A stretch of 64,000 nucleotides of DNA from Octopus sinensis (taxonomy: Eukaryota): contig NC_043012.1 in assembly GCF_006345805.1 (NCBI RefSeq), positions 27,280,001-27,344,000 of the forward strand. The letters run 5' to 3'. The translations under genes and the position numbers were made by a program. Within the stretch, counting starts at the first letter, position 1; every line of letters starts with the position of its first letter. The notes beneath the pieces are model-generated. The model was not told the DNA's origin, did no database searches, and saw only the letters and a program-made list of their open reading frames with translations. Shown here piece after piece: positions 38,813 to 52,630 of this stretch.

Positions 38813-39850
38813 CTAGCTGGTGTACCCAGTAATTCCTAGGGGTAAAGATGTTCTATTAAAACACCTTATTACTCAGATATAAGAAAGCAATATCGTTATA
38901 ACTGTCAGAAAAGGTGCATTTTCTGTCACAAAAATTTACAAAAAATGTCAGCTGGAGGAGGGAGAGATTGCTGGAGGTTGGCGAGAGAGGGTGTTGTTCA
39001 CAGAATAACTATTGTTTTACCCTGAGAAAAGTGCTGTTGAAGTGTTAAGTGAAATTTGGCAATCGAAGATTGAATCCATGCTATGTCTGCATGAAGCCAC
39101 TACAAATATGTTGTGGAAAAAAATATTTATCTACTGTCATGGAGAAAGTGTAACTGTAAAAATGCAGAATTATCGGAGTAATGGGCATTCAAAAAAGTAT
39201 GTGTATAGAAATGTATGAATGAAGAGATTCAAATTCAGGAAGTGCAATAATAATGTTTAGCAGTTCAAAACTGTGAGTAGTGAAACGCAGAATTAGTTCA
39301 GCTGATCGTCAGAATCAAATACTAATCACTTCGTTAAAATCTGCAGGTGGTATGGGTTATTTCTCTTGAGTTGTTTAAATAAAATATTAATGATATGTAG
39401 TAGATAGGAGGAGCCATTGGATAAGTGAGCCCTATTACCAAATTTTTCAACAATCTAAGTATGTCACGAGATTTCCGGATTATGAGTTCTACTCATGTAT
39501 CAAATAAAGAAAAAAAGTGATATTGTCGACAAAAATTAGAAATTGGACACTCAAAAAATCAATATTCAAAGTAATCAAACATACACAATGAAATGAGGTA
39601 TTTCCCTTGAGTGTTTAAAAAAAATATTGTGCAGGTAGTATGGGTTATTTCCCTTGGGTATTTAAAAAAATTTTAGTTATATGAGGTAGATATAAAGGTC
39701 CCTTCCTGGGGCCATATTATCAATTTTTTCAACAATCTAAGTATGTCACGAAGTTTCCAGAAATGAGATCTACTCACATATCAAGTTTCATCAAAATCAA
39801 TAAAACAATGTAGGAGGAGATAGATAACAATGCTACAAACAACCACATAC
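38813..39850 (-). mobile_element. Non-autonomous Helitron-like element with internal repeats
   Basis: CTAG at 38813-38816 plus a degenerate hairpin. Duplicated block at ~39440 and ~39720. Confidence 0.55.
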
Positions 39851-39949
39851 TGATTTTCCACATATGTAGTAGATATGTATATATATATTTGCATATATCC
39901 ACACATGTATGTTCATATCTACATATACATACACACACACACACACATA

Positions 39950-40330
39950 GGTGCAGGAATGGCAGTATGGTAAGACGTTTGCTTCCCAAACACATGATTC
40001 CAGGTTAAGCCCCAGTGTGTAGCACCTTGGGCAACTGTCTTCTACCATAGCCAAAGGCAAATCAATACCTTGTGAGTGGATCTGGTAGATGGAAACTGAA
40101 AGGAGCCCATCATATATATGTTGACATTGCCTGGTTAGATGTAGATGAGTGTCATTTTCATACAAGCAGTGCTATTCATTTCCAATGTACTAAGACATGT
40201 CTGGCCATGAGGAAATATTAGCTTACTTGGAAATAGGTGAGAGTTGGTGACAAGAAGGGCATCCAACCATAGAGAATCTGCCTCAAGTAAACTCAGGCTG
40301 ACCCATGCAAGCATGGAAAAAGGGACAGTA
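39950..40330 (+). mobile_element. tRNA-derived SINE
   Basis: GGCAGTATGGTAAGACGTTTGCTTCCCAA head. CCCATGCAAGCATGG tail. Confidence 0.75.
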
Positions 40331-40334
40331 AATC

Positions 40335-41110
40335 ATCGTCGTTTAATGTCCGCTTTCCATGCTTGTTATTGCCTCCGTGAGGCACAATGTTTGAAGGTTG
40401 TGCTTCACCACCTCGTCCCAGGTCTTCCTGAGTCTACCTCTTCTACAGGTTTCCTCCACTTTTAGGGTGCGACTGAGGACTGACAAGCCAGGAGGCTGCA
40501 CCAGGCTCCAATCTGATCTAGCAAGGTTTCTACAGTTTGATGCCCTTCCTAATGCCAACCACTCCGTGAGTGTAGTGGGTGCCTTTTTACGAGCCACTAG
40601 CATGGGGGCCAGTCAGGCAACACTGGCATCGACCACGCTCAAATGGTGCTTTTTACATGCCACCAGCATGAGAGCTAGTCAGGTAGCACTGGCAATGACC
40701 ACACTCAAATTGTGCTTTTTACGTTCCACTGGCACGGGACCAGTCAGGTGGCACTGGCATTGACCACGTTCAAACGGTGATTTTTACATGTCACTGGAAC
40801 GGGTGCCTGTCAGGAGGTACTGGCACTGACCGCGACAATGATTTCACTTGGCTTGCTGGGTCTTCTCAAGCACAGCATATCTCCAAAGGTTTTGGTCGCT
40901 TATCATTGCCTCCGTGAGGCCCAACGTTCAAATGTCATGCTTCACCACCTCATCCCAGGTCTTCCTGGGTCTACCTCTTCCACAGGTTCCCTCCACTTTT
41001 AGGGTGTGACACTTTTACACACCACTGTCCTCATCCATATGTAACATATGAACATACCAGTGCGGTCATCTCTCTTGCACACCATATCTGATGCTTCTTA
41101 TGTCTCAGGG
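40335..41110 (-). mobile_element. RTE LINE 3' end with a 60-66-bp tandem array in the 3'UTR
   Basis: LKVEETCRRGRLRKTWDEVVKH. Repeated GGTGCTTTTTAC units. Confidence 0.8.
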
Positions 41111-41224
41111 TGCTTACAATCCGTTTGTGCACACTGACATTACACATCCAGTTGATATATTTGATATGCATTAAATAGCATTGGATGAAATATAGAGATG
41201 TACAATCATATTCAACATGTATAC

Positions 41225-41500
41225 TCTTTACTCTTTTACTTGTTTCAGTCATTTGACTGCGGCCATGCAGGAGCACTACCTTTAGTCGAGCAAATCAACC
41301 CCAGGACTTATTCTTTGGACGCCTAGTACTTATTCTATCGGTCTCTTTTGCTGAAATGCTAAGTTACAGGGACATAAACACATCACCATCGATTGTCAAG
41401 CGATGTTGGGAGGGGAAACAAACACAGACACACAAACGTATACACACACACACACATATATATACATATATATGATGGGCTTCTTTCAGTTTCCGTCTAT
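41225..41500 (-). mobile_element. tRNA-derived SINE (truncated)
   Basis: Core and tail match. Confidence 0.8.
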
Positions 41501-41914
41501 TTTTATTATTTTATTTTTATTTTGACTCATGTATTACATCAAATTAATGCACATTTTACATTTTAATATTATACACACTGAACAGCTTTTAAAAATTGTT
41601 TGCATATATACGTTATGATGTAGATATATCTCTATATATTTATGTACATGTAAGTATTGTAGGTATGTATATGTATGTAGATGCATGTATGTGTGTATGT
41701 ATACATATCCGTGTGTGTATGTGTATATATACATATGTAAATGTGTATGTATATGTGTATATACTTTTATATATGTGAGCATGTATTTGCATACATATTT
41801 TTGTATATCTGTTTGCGTATCCATATGTGTGTATATCTGTATGTATATTTATACTTATGTAGATATACATGTAATTTTATGCATGCATTTTTATGTGTTT
41901 GTTGTGCAAGCTAT

Positions 41915-41925
<11 letters not shown>

Positions 41926-41949
<24 letters not shown>

Positions 41950-42355
41950 TTAGCATCTGTTTTCCATGCTAGCATGGGTTGGACGGTTCAACTGGGGTCT
42001 GTGAAGCTGGAAGGCTTCATCAGGCCCAGTCAGATCTGGCAGTGTTTCTACGGCTGGATGCCCTTCCTAACGCCAACCACTCTGTGAGTGTAGTGGGTGC
42101 TTTTTACGTGCCACCCGCACAGGTGCCAGACAGAGCTGGCAAACGGCCACGAATGGATGGTGCTTTTACGTGTCACCGGCACGGGGGCCAGGCGAGGCTG
42201 GCAACGGACACGAACGGATGGTGCTTTTACGTGCCACCAACACGGGGGCCAGACAGAGCTGGCAAACGGCCACGAAATGGATGGTGCTTTTACGTGTCAC
42301 CGGCACGGGGGACCAGGCGAGGCTGGCAACGGACACAAACGGATGGTGCTTTTAC
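41926..42355 (-). mobile_element. RTE 3' tail with minisatellite, CpG-rich (young)
   Basis: (ATC)n tail plus 4 units of ~61 bp. Confidence 0.8.
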
Positions 42356-42574
42356 ATTATTAGTTACTTTCAAGCATCATATGTAGCACTCTCTGCCCCT
42401 ATCTATCTTTTCCCCTTTCTCTCGCCAGTTCTCTGTTTCTCTTTTGTTTCTTTTCTTTTTTTCTCCACTGTTTTCTTCCTCCTCCGCAAACATAATATTT
42501 TCTGATTTTCCCTTCTCTTTCTTTCGTCTGTAACAACTAATTTGTATAAGCATATGCTAGATTTTATGCACATG

Positions 42575-42632
<58 letters not shown>

Positions 42633-42642
42633 CTCTTGTATT

Positions 42643-43010
42643 TGTTTCAGTCATTTGACTGCGGCCATGCAGGAGCACCGCCTTTAATCGAGCAACTCGA
42701 CCCCGGGACTTATTCTTTTTGTAAGCCCAGTACTTATTCTATCGGTCTCTTTTGCCGAACCGCTAAGTAACGGAGACATAAACACACCAGCATAGGTTGT
42801 CAAGCAATGCTAGGGGGACAAACACAGACACACAAATATATATATATACATATATACGACAGGCTTCTTTCAGTTTCCGTCTACCATATCCACTCACAAG
42901 GCATTGGTCAGCCCGGGGCTATAGCAGAAGACACTTGCCCAAGATGCCACGCAGTGGGACTGAACCCGGAACCATGTGGTTGGTTAGCAAGCTACTTACC
43001 ACACAGCCAC
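42643..43010 (-). mobile_element. Near-intact tRNA-derived SINE
   Basis: Full head GGCTGTGTGGTAAGTAGCTTGCT..CCGGGTTCAGTCCC through tail. CpGs retained. Confidence 0.9.
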
Positions 43011-43450
43011 TCCTATATATATATATATATGCATTTGTATATATATTTATGTCTTGCCTATATATGTCTGTATATGTATGTACATGCATCTGTGTTTTAG
43101 TGTATATATGTATATTATAGATGGTTAGGTATGGGCATATACTGCTAAATGTATGTCTAAACCAATGAGAAAATTTGTTTTAAATGGATATAACTTTTAA
43201 TGTATTAATTGATTAATATTTTACAAATAATTATTTACCCTGGGTATTTAGACACTGTCCTTTATGAGCTATTTCTGATTTAAGGTTTTCTTTGATTTTA
43301 TAGTAAGATGATTTTATACCGAATTTTGTTTATTGCATGCAACCAGTTTAAAGACCGTTAGTTGAAAGGACCAATGAAACAAAACCATTTTCAAATGTGT
43401 ATCCATTAAACTAATCGTATATGTTCGTATATTTTTGATCCATTGTAAAC

Positions 43451-43496
43451 AAAACTGTCCAATGAACAGGAACGTGAAACTCTGAGTAACAGTTTT
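43451..43496 (+). ncRNA. Degenerate type I hammerhead (family A) in a pLTR remnant
   Basis: AAAACTGT-CCAATGA-ACA-GGAA-CGT-GAAAC-TCTGA-GTA-ACAGTTTT. 8-bp stem I is intact; core is mutated. Confidence 0.6.
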
Positions 43497-45471
43497 AGTG
43501 ATATTTTTGCTGATTTTTAATAAAGCATATTACTCTACTCCAGTGTAACCAGTAACTGACTCATCCTAACCCCACTGTGTGTATAGCACATATTCACAGC
43601 TTAGCAGTGTATTTTTACACACATTTGTCCATAAGGAGGATTTCTTCTCGAGACAATAACTGCAACAAAGATATTTCCTGGTTTGTGCATATGTGAATAT
43701 GTTAAATATCACTGCACACTGCTATATTTTAATCATCACTATTTATTGTACCAGTATTTAATTAATTTCCATTTTACAAAATTTTGCATACATCAGTAAA
43801 TTTATTATTTGCTGTTAAAATGTAAGATTCACTGTCCATAACTGATGAACTACAATGACACAAAATTCAAGTCCCAAAGTTTGATGACATCATTCATAGT
43901 CTGATGGTGTGATTTAGCACACACTATCTATAAAGAGAATTTCTCTCTTAAGACAATATTCGCAGTGAAGGTTTTTCTATGTCTGAGTGTACATGAACAT
44001 GTAAAGTATGATTTACACAATCACACCTTGGGCAACTGTCTTCCACTAGCCCAGGGCTGACCAAAGCCTTGAGTGCAGATCTGGTAGATAGAAACTGAAA
44101 AATACCTGTTGTATGTGTGTTATACAGGTATTCGATATACTTGTATTTGTTTCTGTTGTTCATATACATGCCTTTGGCCACTCTTGGTTCATTTAAAAAA
44201 AATTTGAGCCAATTACTTTGGCCATAAATGTGATTTACTCTTTTTTGTTTCTGAAGATAAGGACAACTGTTGTGCTGATGATGCCAACTGAGGCAAAAAC
44301 ACATATCCATGATTGTTCTGTTGTCTTCAGATGATAAGCCTGTCTTTTTCCTTAGTGGCATGTCAACTTCTAATTTGTTACTAACTGTACTATAATTAAG
44401 GAAAAATACATTATCATAATATAGATTTCAGAAGTAGCTTCAGTTTTCAGAAAATTCCCATGGGTTTAGAGAAATAAGTGAATAATTATTTACCTTGCAA
44501 TAGGTTAATGTGATGAGACCAAAGAGGAAGTAAATTTAAGCTCACCAAATTAAGCTCCCATTGTGATGAGAACATTTTTCTTGCCATATAAACAAAACAG
44601 CCCCAGGAAAAAAATCTAATTGGTACATTTAGAATATTTAATTAAAATATTCTTACTAATACAAATATAGATATTAGATGTTTTGATAAAACCTGAGATA
44701 TAAACAATAAAAAATATTACACTTGTAGAAAGCCTAACTAGAACTTAGAACATATTAACAAATATGCCAATAAATTACCTATGGTTGTAAAAACATTCAT
44801 AACATTAGTCAGCATACTTCTAATATATGCCATGATAATGCACATTTTTATAATAACACACTGAAAAATAGAAACTTTGAAGCCAATTATATTATAAACA
44901 TTAGCACAATACACAAACAACTAAAAATAAGAAAAATTATATGGTTTAGTCTACCTTTCGGTTTCTATGGCATGTCAAGGTTTGTAAGATTTGTATAAAT
45001 TAAGTTCAGAAACACTTCCCAGCAGATTATACAAGAAAATCTTCAACAAAAATAATGTAAACATGAACTATAGATTTACTAAATATTTTCCATTTCTACA
45101 TTCTGAAGGAATAGAAGCAACGTCACAAATGTAAAAACACAAAATAGCCTGCCACACTGTCATTGTCTTTATTTTGCACAACAATAGTAGGTGCCTTACT
45201 AAAGCATTTGGAGTGCCAAAATTTCTTTTAGATGGTTAAAAATAGACATACCCAAAACATATTTACTCCTTTAGGCATCCAAAAAGATACAACACTACTT
45301 CAATGTTTCTATATGTCTGAAGTCTGAATGATAATGAAGATTTCAAATAAACTGATCAGCTATGGAAACTGTCTTCATAGAAATGGCTTTGAAAAACTAT
45401 CTATTTATCCGAGTCATTCACCATCTCAATTCAAGCATTTAATAATGAATAAGGTCCTGGGTTCAGTCCCA

Positions 45472-45510
<39 letters not shown>

Positions 45511-46585
45511 ACCACCACCACTATCCCTTGAGAACTGGTGTTTTGGTATTTATGACCACGTAACTTTGTGGTTTGACAAAAGATACCAACAGAGTAAGTA
45601 CTAGACTTTAAAAAGTCCTGGGGTTTATTTGTTTGACTGAAACCCTCCAGCAAGGTCAAATGACTGAAACAAGTAAAAGAATAAAAGAAAATCTTTCGAG
45701 TATCTCTATGTCTACTATCATTTTTCTTTTTACTCCTTAACAATAGACTTACTTTGTTGCTAAATATTTGAGAGTTCTCTATATAATATAGTTATCCATT
45801 TCTAGAAGAAATGTTATCTGGTAAAGAGAAAAGCAAAACTTGATAAACTGCAAGACTGATCTTCAAATTAAAAAATATATATCATAAATGTTTCTCACAT
45901 TTGTAAATTATGTAAATGCATACATACATATGAACACATACAGCAGAGTACAGCTAGCAGTCACTTGTGAATAAGTATGGTTTGGTAACTTATACTACGA
46001 TTTCACCAATCACCCTTCACCATTGACTGAAACATTCAGGATGTGACTGCTGGAAAGAAGGAGAGAGCTGCAGAAGCACCTAGCTGGTATTAATTTGCAG
46101 CTTAATAAACTGGAGCAACATGAAATGAGGTGTCCTCCTCAGGAACACAATGTACATCCTGGACCAGGAATTAAATCCATTACTAAATGATTATGAGCAA
46201 AACACTCAACTCACAAGGAGAGAGAAAGAAGCAAAGAGAGAGACAAGATGTGTGGTTAGTTCAGCAACAAAGAGTATCAAAGAGTCTGTGTGACACTGAA
46301 CATAAAGTGGTTACTAACAGGGAAAGCAGTTAGTTGAAGAGAACTAACTACAAATAACAGCTGATACAGATTCAAAAGCACTCATTAGGATTGTTGCAGA
46401 CAAAATCTCTAGAGTTAATGGAATATTAGAGTCGTCTGGTTTTCACTAGTTGCCAGAAAATATACTCTATGGGAAAATAGACTATATGATCTACCCAACA
46501 CAAACCAGCATGAATAAAAATGGATTTAATAGATGGTGTGTGTGTGTGTGTGCGTGTGCATACACACACATACACACACTCACAC

Positions 46586-47010
46586 AGAGGGTGTGGTGAA
46601 TATATTGTTGTTTAAATTACACAAAAATAATAACAACACTGACATCTCATTTTAACGAATATATTTACCAAAATTATATTAAAATATCTTGAAATACTAA
46701 AGAGTAAATTTATTCAATAAAATCACCATTGGCTTCAACCATGGCCTCCAGATGACTTAGGAAACTTCTGCAACTCTTCTGGAAAGTCTCCTGGTTTAAG
46801 TTGGTGAATGCTACCATAATTCTTGCCTTCAGTTCATCTTTGGTGTTACAAGGAGTTTTTTTGATCTCTTGCTCAACTGTGCCCCCACACATAATAATCA
46901 AGGGGATTGCAGTCTGGGGAGCTAGGTGGCCAAATGTTAGGGGTGATGTGGTCGTAGAAATTGTCTGACAGCCATGACTGAATTCTCCTGCTTGGTTGGC
47001 ATGGTGCAGA
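46586..47010 (-). mobile_element. Tc1/mariner (maT-like) 3' fragment
   Basis: WPPSSPDCNPL..EQEIKKTPCNTKDELKARIM..LEAMVEANGDFIE. Confidence 0.8.
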
Positions 47011-47189
47011 ACCCTATTCCTCTTAAGCCTTCATATATCCTCTGCCTATTCTACCATGTAGAATAGCTGTTCATATACAAGCCTCTGACAACCTTCCTTT
47101 CATTCAGAGAGAGAGAGAGAGACCTTTGGTTGCCATCAGAGGTAAAAGCTCCCTGAATTTTTTTTCCCATCCTATTCTTATTCTAACTA

Positions 47190-48500
47190 TTACACTTTCT
47201 ATATATCCTCTCCACTACTAATTTGGTCCTCTATGTAGCAGCAATTATCCACTACCACTAAAAAGCCTTTGAGGCATTTGAGAAATCCAATTTTCTGAGT
47301 ATCTGTAGGTTTTATGGCTCCTGTGCATCTTCCATATATAAACACTACTTTCTCTGATAACCTTTCTATTATTCCACAGCACCTCTTGTGTATCCATAGC
47401 TTGCACTGGATATACTGTATGGAATTCTTGCATACACCTTTCTTATACATCAAGCATGGCCATTTACCTGAAGTGAGTAGGGTACTGTCTGTTTTCTTGC
47501 TTACTAAAATCCTAGTCTTTGCTATGTTAAAACTCTTAGATTTCCAGTTTTGCTTCCACATCTGGAATTTCTTTTCTTGTTCTGATATAGAATCTGCCAT
47601 GAGAGTAAGATCATGAGCATATAGGGGCTTCTAGTCTTAACTTCCTCTGATATGGCTTGGAGGACAATAATGAAAAGAAGAGGACTGAGGTCTGGGCCTT
47701 GATGAATGCCTACCTATACACCAAATTCTTCACCGTACTCATGGTTAACTCTCACCTTACTAAAAGTACATGACCCGTACAGCTTTCACAAGTCACTCAT
47801 CTACTCCTCGCTTCCTCAGAGCCCACCTACTGTATCACACAGTAAGATACTCTATCAAAGGCTTTCTCTAGATCAACAAATGCCAAGTATAATAGTTTGT
47901 TCTTAGCCAAATACTTCTCTTGCAGTTGCCTGACTATAAAAATAACATCAGTAGTGCTTCTCCCTGGAACAAGCCAAACTTCATTTTGTCTAGCCTAATT
48001 CTGCTAATTAATTAATTGAGCTATAACTCTCTTGATACACTGTCTAGCAACCTGGAACACCATATGCTTTACAACACTGGCAAAACTGTTTCTGTTTCTG
48101 TTTCTCTTTCTCCTTTTGCTATCTACATTTGCCACCTAGCTTCTTTTCTAACTACATGATACAATTCTTTACTGCCACTATTTTTCTAGTTTTTTCCAAG
48201 ACTGTCTCTTCATTTTAAAGATGCAGTTTACTTCACTGTTCAATCATTAAATTGCTCTTGGTCTGGTTGGAATTTTGCACCAGCTGCAGATTGGTTCTGT
48301 CACTCTTAATTAGTTTTCTTGCAGGAACTTCCACTTCTCTTCAATGTTACATGTCTCCTCTTCACTGTAAACTGCTTCAGCTATTACTTCTCTAAATTTC
48401 TGACTGTTCACTGGATCTTTAAACTCCCAGATTTTGTTTTTCTAGATTGGTTTCCATCACTAAAGTCTTCTAACTTCAAGTTGGAAGTAACTAACCACTT
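47190..48500 (-). mobile_element. RTE LINE fragments
   Basis: KFQMWKQNWKSKSFNIAKTRILV..WPCLMYKKGVCKNSIQYIQCKLWIHKRC; WEFKDPVNSQKFREVI. Confidence 0.75.
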
Positions 48501-48529
48501 TATATGTCTCAATTTATGTATCAGAGTAT

Positions 48530-50660
48530 CAACTAGCTCAGCAGATGCTGTTATACACCACTGGTCACAATGCATTTCCAATTCAGTCTTGATTGCACCA
48601 TTCTTTTCTATCTTAACTTAAACTGCTCGACTAAATTGTCTTTCCATCATCATGGAGGCCTTCCAAGTGGCCTTTTCCAATATCTTGGATACTCCTTGGC
48701 AACTGCACAGGGTCAACTTATTGTCTGTAAACCTTGCAACATGTTCTGCTGCGCAGAAATTGTGCTTTCGGTACTCTGTAATCACATTGTTCATTCTGTT
48801 CCCTTCTCAAATTATCTCATTTCTAATGTGCTCTCTTAGTGATGTTCCTAGGATGAATTTTTCCAAGGCCCTTTGTGTGATAACCAAATGATGTTAAATG
48901 CCTTCCATCCTGCCCATATTCTCTTTGAAATTTCAGCATCCATATCTCCGCGCATATTCAATGAGAGTCCTTTCCCAACTCTAAATGTGCTACATCTTCC
49001 AACTGCATATATTTTGTTTATGTGTGGTTCGTTTTAAGATCTACTGCTCAGCTCTGAGTGATGGGAAATTTTAAAGCAAAGGATGGAAAAGGATGACAGG
49101 GAGAGAAATATGTTGGTAAGTTTGGATCAGGAAAGAGAGACAGAGAAGAATGTATGGTTACCATGGCAGAAACAAGAAGACTTTACATTGGGAACAGCTA
49201 CAAAGGAAGCAACCTGGAAGTGGATGGACATGGATAGCTCCTAAGTGCTCAACACAAAACTGAAATTGACTACATTGTGGTCAAATGGTGCATATTACAG
49301 GACATTTCAGTAGTAGTTCTATTCAACACAGGTAGTAATCATCATTTACTATTGGTAAAGATCATGATCAATGAAATCAGAGAGAAAAAGGCTCTGCATA
49401 TCTCAACAAAATATCAGGGAAACAGTTACAGGAAGTTAAAAAAAAGAATTCGGTGTCAGTTTGAAGAACTAGATGAAGACTAAATTTGCTGGTCCAGAAA
49501 ATTAAAAGCTGCATATAGAAAGCAAAAGCTGCAAATCAGCAGGAGCCTAGAGGAAGAATCTCAGAGGAGAAGAAGAAAATTTAGAGAAAAATGATGAAAA
49601 GGAACATGAAAGATAACCTCAAGTATTCTGTTCTCTACAAAGCAATCACAACATTTATAAAATGAATTCAAGGATTTTAGACTGAAGAGATTGATCCAAG
49701 CTGTGAAAGAAAGGAAAAGTTTTTAAAAATGAAGGAGAGGGCTGACACTCTATAGCTCAGAAGTTACAGTACTTAAGAACAAGGATAGGCTCATGGTGAC
49801 AGACAAAGAGTAGATGGAGGACGTATGCAAAACCTTCCACACCAACCTTTTTAAATCATCAGTGAAGCTTGATTCCACACCACTACAAATGCCAGAAGTG
49901 TCACCTATTCTGATCAATGAAATTGAAAATACCCTCAAACTGATGAAACAGACAAAGCTCCTGGAAAAGATGGCATCACGACAGAAAGTTAAGTTGTAAA
50001 GGTGAAGAAGCTGTGGAAAATCCTTCTTCTATACTAAATCACTATCTGAAGGAGGGTAAATACCCTCACTGCGGAAAGAGTCAAATACCATCCTGCTCCA
50101 TAAAGAGGACGATAAAGAAGATTTTAAAAACTATCACCCCATATGCTTCTTGTCTCACCTCAAAAAGCTGTTTGTCACCAGACTATCAAAACACCTTGAC
50201 TACCAACAGTCAGGAGAGCAAGCAGATTTCCGTAAGACCTATAATATGATAGATTAAGTATTTACTCTAACACAGTTCAAAAAACAAGTGAATAAATACA
50301 AGCATTCTCAGTATACCTGGAAAAAGCCTTCAATAGCATCGAGATGAATGAGTGTTGAAATCTCTGGAAATGCAAGGTGATGAGATGCAATACATCAAAC
50401 TGCTCAAAGATATAAACCTTGGATACACAACAGATATATCTCTGCTGTCACCACCAATAAAGATACCAGCTGAAAAGGATAGCAAGCAAAGAGATACCAT
50501 CTCTCCAAAGCTCTTTACCACATGTCTAGAAATGGTCATCAAGGACACTGACTGCACAAGTGGTATGAACATCAATGGTGAGCAACTAACACACCTCCAA
50601 TTTGCAGATTACAGTGTACTCATCACTGAACTGCAGACCATGCAATTAGTGAATTAGTGT
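48530..50660. mobile_element. BovB-like RTE LINE with 5' inversion (3' part minus at 48530-49055; upstream part plus at 49060-50660)
   Basis: The plus segment runs from APE to RT HLQFADY..TELQTM. The minus segment resumes just downstream in RT and runs to the 3' tail. Confidence 0.75.
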
Positions 50661-50689
50661 CTGTATAGTATATATTTATTATTAGTCCA

Positions 50690-51275
50690 TAACTTTTCAC
50701 CCCTTGCTGTACTGTCATCTCCTACTCTCCCTTACCTCCCCCAATTCACATGTATCATTTAATCACTCATACCCCTTATCCACAGTTCACAACATCTACC
50801 ATTGACTCTACACAATATACTTATCCTTCAGCACCTGTTTTTCATTCATTCCATCAACCCCCTCACCATTTCACATTCTCTAACTCTCTATACACTCTTG
50901 CAACCTTTACACCATTCACATCCTGTCTCTTGTACAGGGATTACACTCCTACTCTCTCTTAACCCTGTAGTGTCTCTACAACGAGAAATTAGTTGTATTC
51001 TTTCATCCTTTAACCTCTTATCTCCTAGCGTAAAGCTGCCTTCCTCTCTACTGTAGCACCACTAGTCTCAAAAGTTGCATGGCAACCTCACTAGTGCTAG
51101 AGCAACAAAAAATAAAAACAATTGGTATACTCTGTAAAATAGTTGGCATTAAGAAGGACATCCAGCCACAGAAACTAAACAAATCTTGAATCTCTGACAT
51201 GCCAGATCCTGTCAAACTGTCTAACCCATGTCAGCATGAAATATGGCTGTTAAAAATGATGACGACAATGATGAT
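50690..51275 (+). mobile_element. RTE-type CT-rich 3'UTR and tail
   Basis: GGCATTAAGAAGGACATCCAGCC..AACCCATG..ATGATGA. Confidence 0.6.
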
Positions 51276-51518
51276 GAATATATATACATGTGTTATATAC
51301 ATGCATGCATATCTTATACATCTAGATATAAAATTAATGTATAAACATCATAAAATATATATACAGCAATTAAAAGCTCAATAACAAATCATTAAACAAC
51401 ATGTCATTACAATGCAGTCAATTCTGGTGGAAGCAACTTGCATGGAAAAACAAAATTGGCTAAAATGATTAATGAAAATACTATATCTCTTAATAATGAG
51501 CGTAGTGTTTTATATATT

Positions 51519-51963
<445 letters not shown>

Positions 51964-51995
51964 CTTTATTTAAAGCAGCAGAAAATTCAACAAAA

Positions 51996-52039
51996 CCTGT
52001 TACACTGAGTTTTGTGTTGCCGTTCATCGGACAGTTTTT
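51996..52039 (-). ncRNA. Inactivated hammerhead (family A; G12A)
   Basis: Reverse complement AAAAACTGT-CCGATGA-ACG-GCAA-CAC-AAAAC-TCAGT-GTA-ACAG. Confidence 0.55.
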
Positions 52040-52583
52040 GCTATTCTACTGAAAGAACGCTGGTTAGTTTATATATAGTTACTGAAAGAATGCTGGTTCA
52101 CACATACAAACTTTCAGATATTTCCCTTATACACATATACTGACACAGAGTTGAAACACTGTTTGATTTTATTTTCAGCATTGAATGTTCACCATCCCAC
52201 TTCCATTGCACACACACAATCACATACCTCCCTTTTACATACGCACACATATACTCACACAGAGTTGAAACACTGTTTGATTTTTTCACCCCTTCCTTCC
52301 TTATTCATCTATCACCCCTTTCTTTCTCATTCATATGTTGTGACAGAGAAAAACACAAGAGTATTATTATAGTAGAAGATACACGATGCTCTCTTTGTCA
52401 CTTCCTCTCACTCATTGCTATTACTTTCTCTCACTCCTTCTTTTTTACTGAATACTAATTTACTACTCTTTCCTTCCTCTACCATGTATATATATATATC
52501 AGAGTAAACACATAAATGTGAAACAAGGTGGAAAAAAAGAGTACTCAAATACCAGTGGTAGAGTAATACTTGCTAGAATAGCA

Positions 52584-52630
52584 AAAACTGTCTGATGAAC
52601 GGCAACGCGAAACTCGGAGTAACAGGTTTT
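52584..52630 (+). ncRNA. Type I hammerhead ribozyme (family A), core intact
   Basis: CTGT-CTGATGA-ACG-GCAA-CGC-GAAAC-TCGGA-GTA-ACAG. Predicted cleavage after 52621. Inverted partner of 51960-52045. Confidence 0.75.

Noticed and set aside
12290-43010. tRNA-like A/B boxes as tRNA genes
   Set aside because: They are SINE heads continuing into SINE cores, with no complete cloverleaf.
43948-44361. 137-aa minus-strand ORF
   Set aside because: Its 3' half runs through a SINE; no LRR or other motif, so it is not a SHOC2 exon.
44738-44920. Minus ORF with 'TIGNL', superficially LRR-like
   Set aside because: No LxxLxLxxN periodicity and no phase-2 acceptor giving a SHOC2-like frame.
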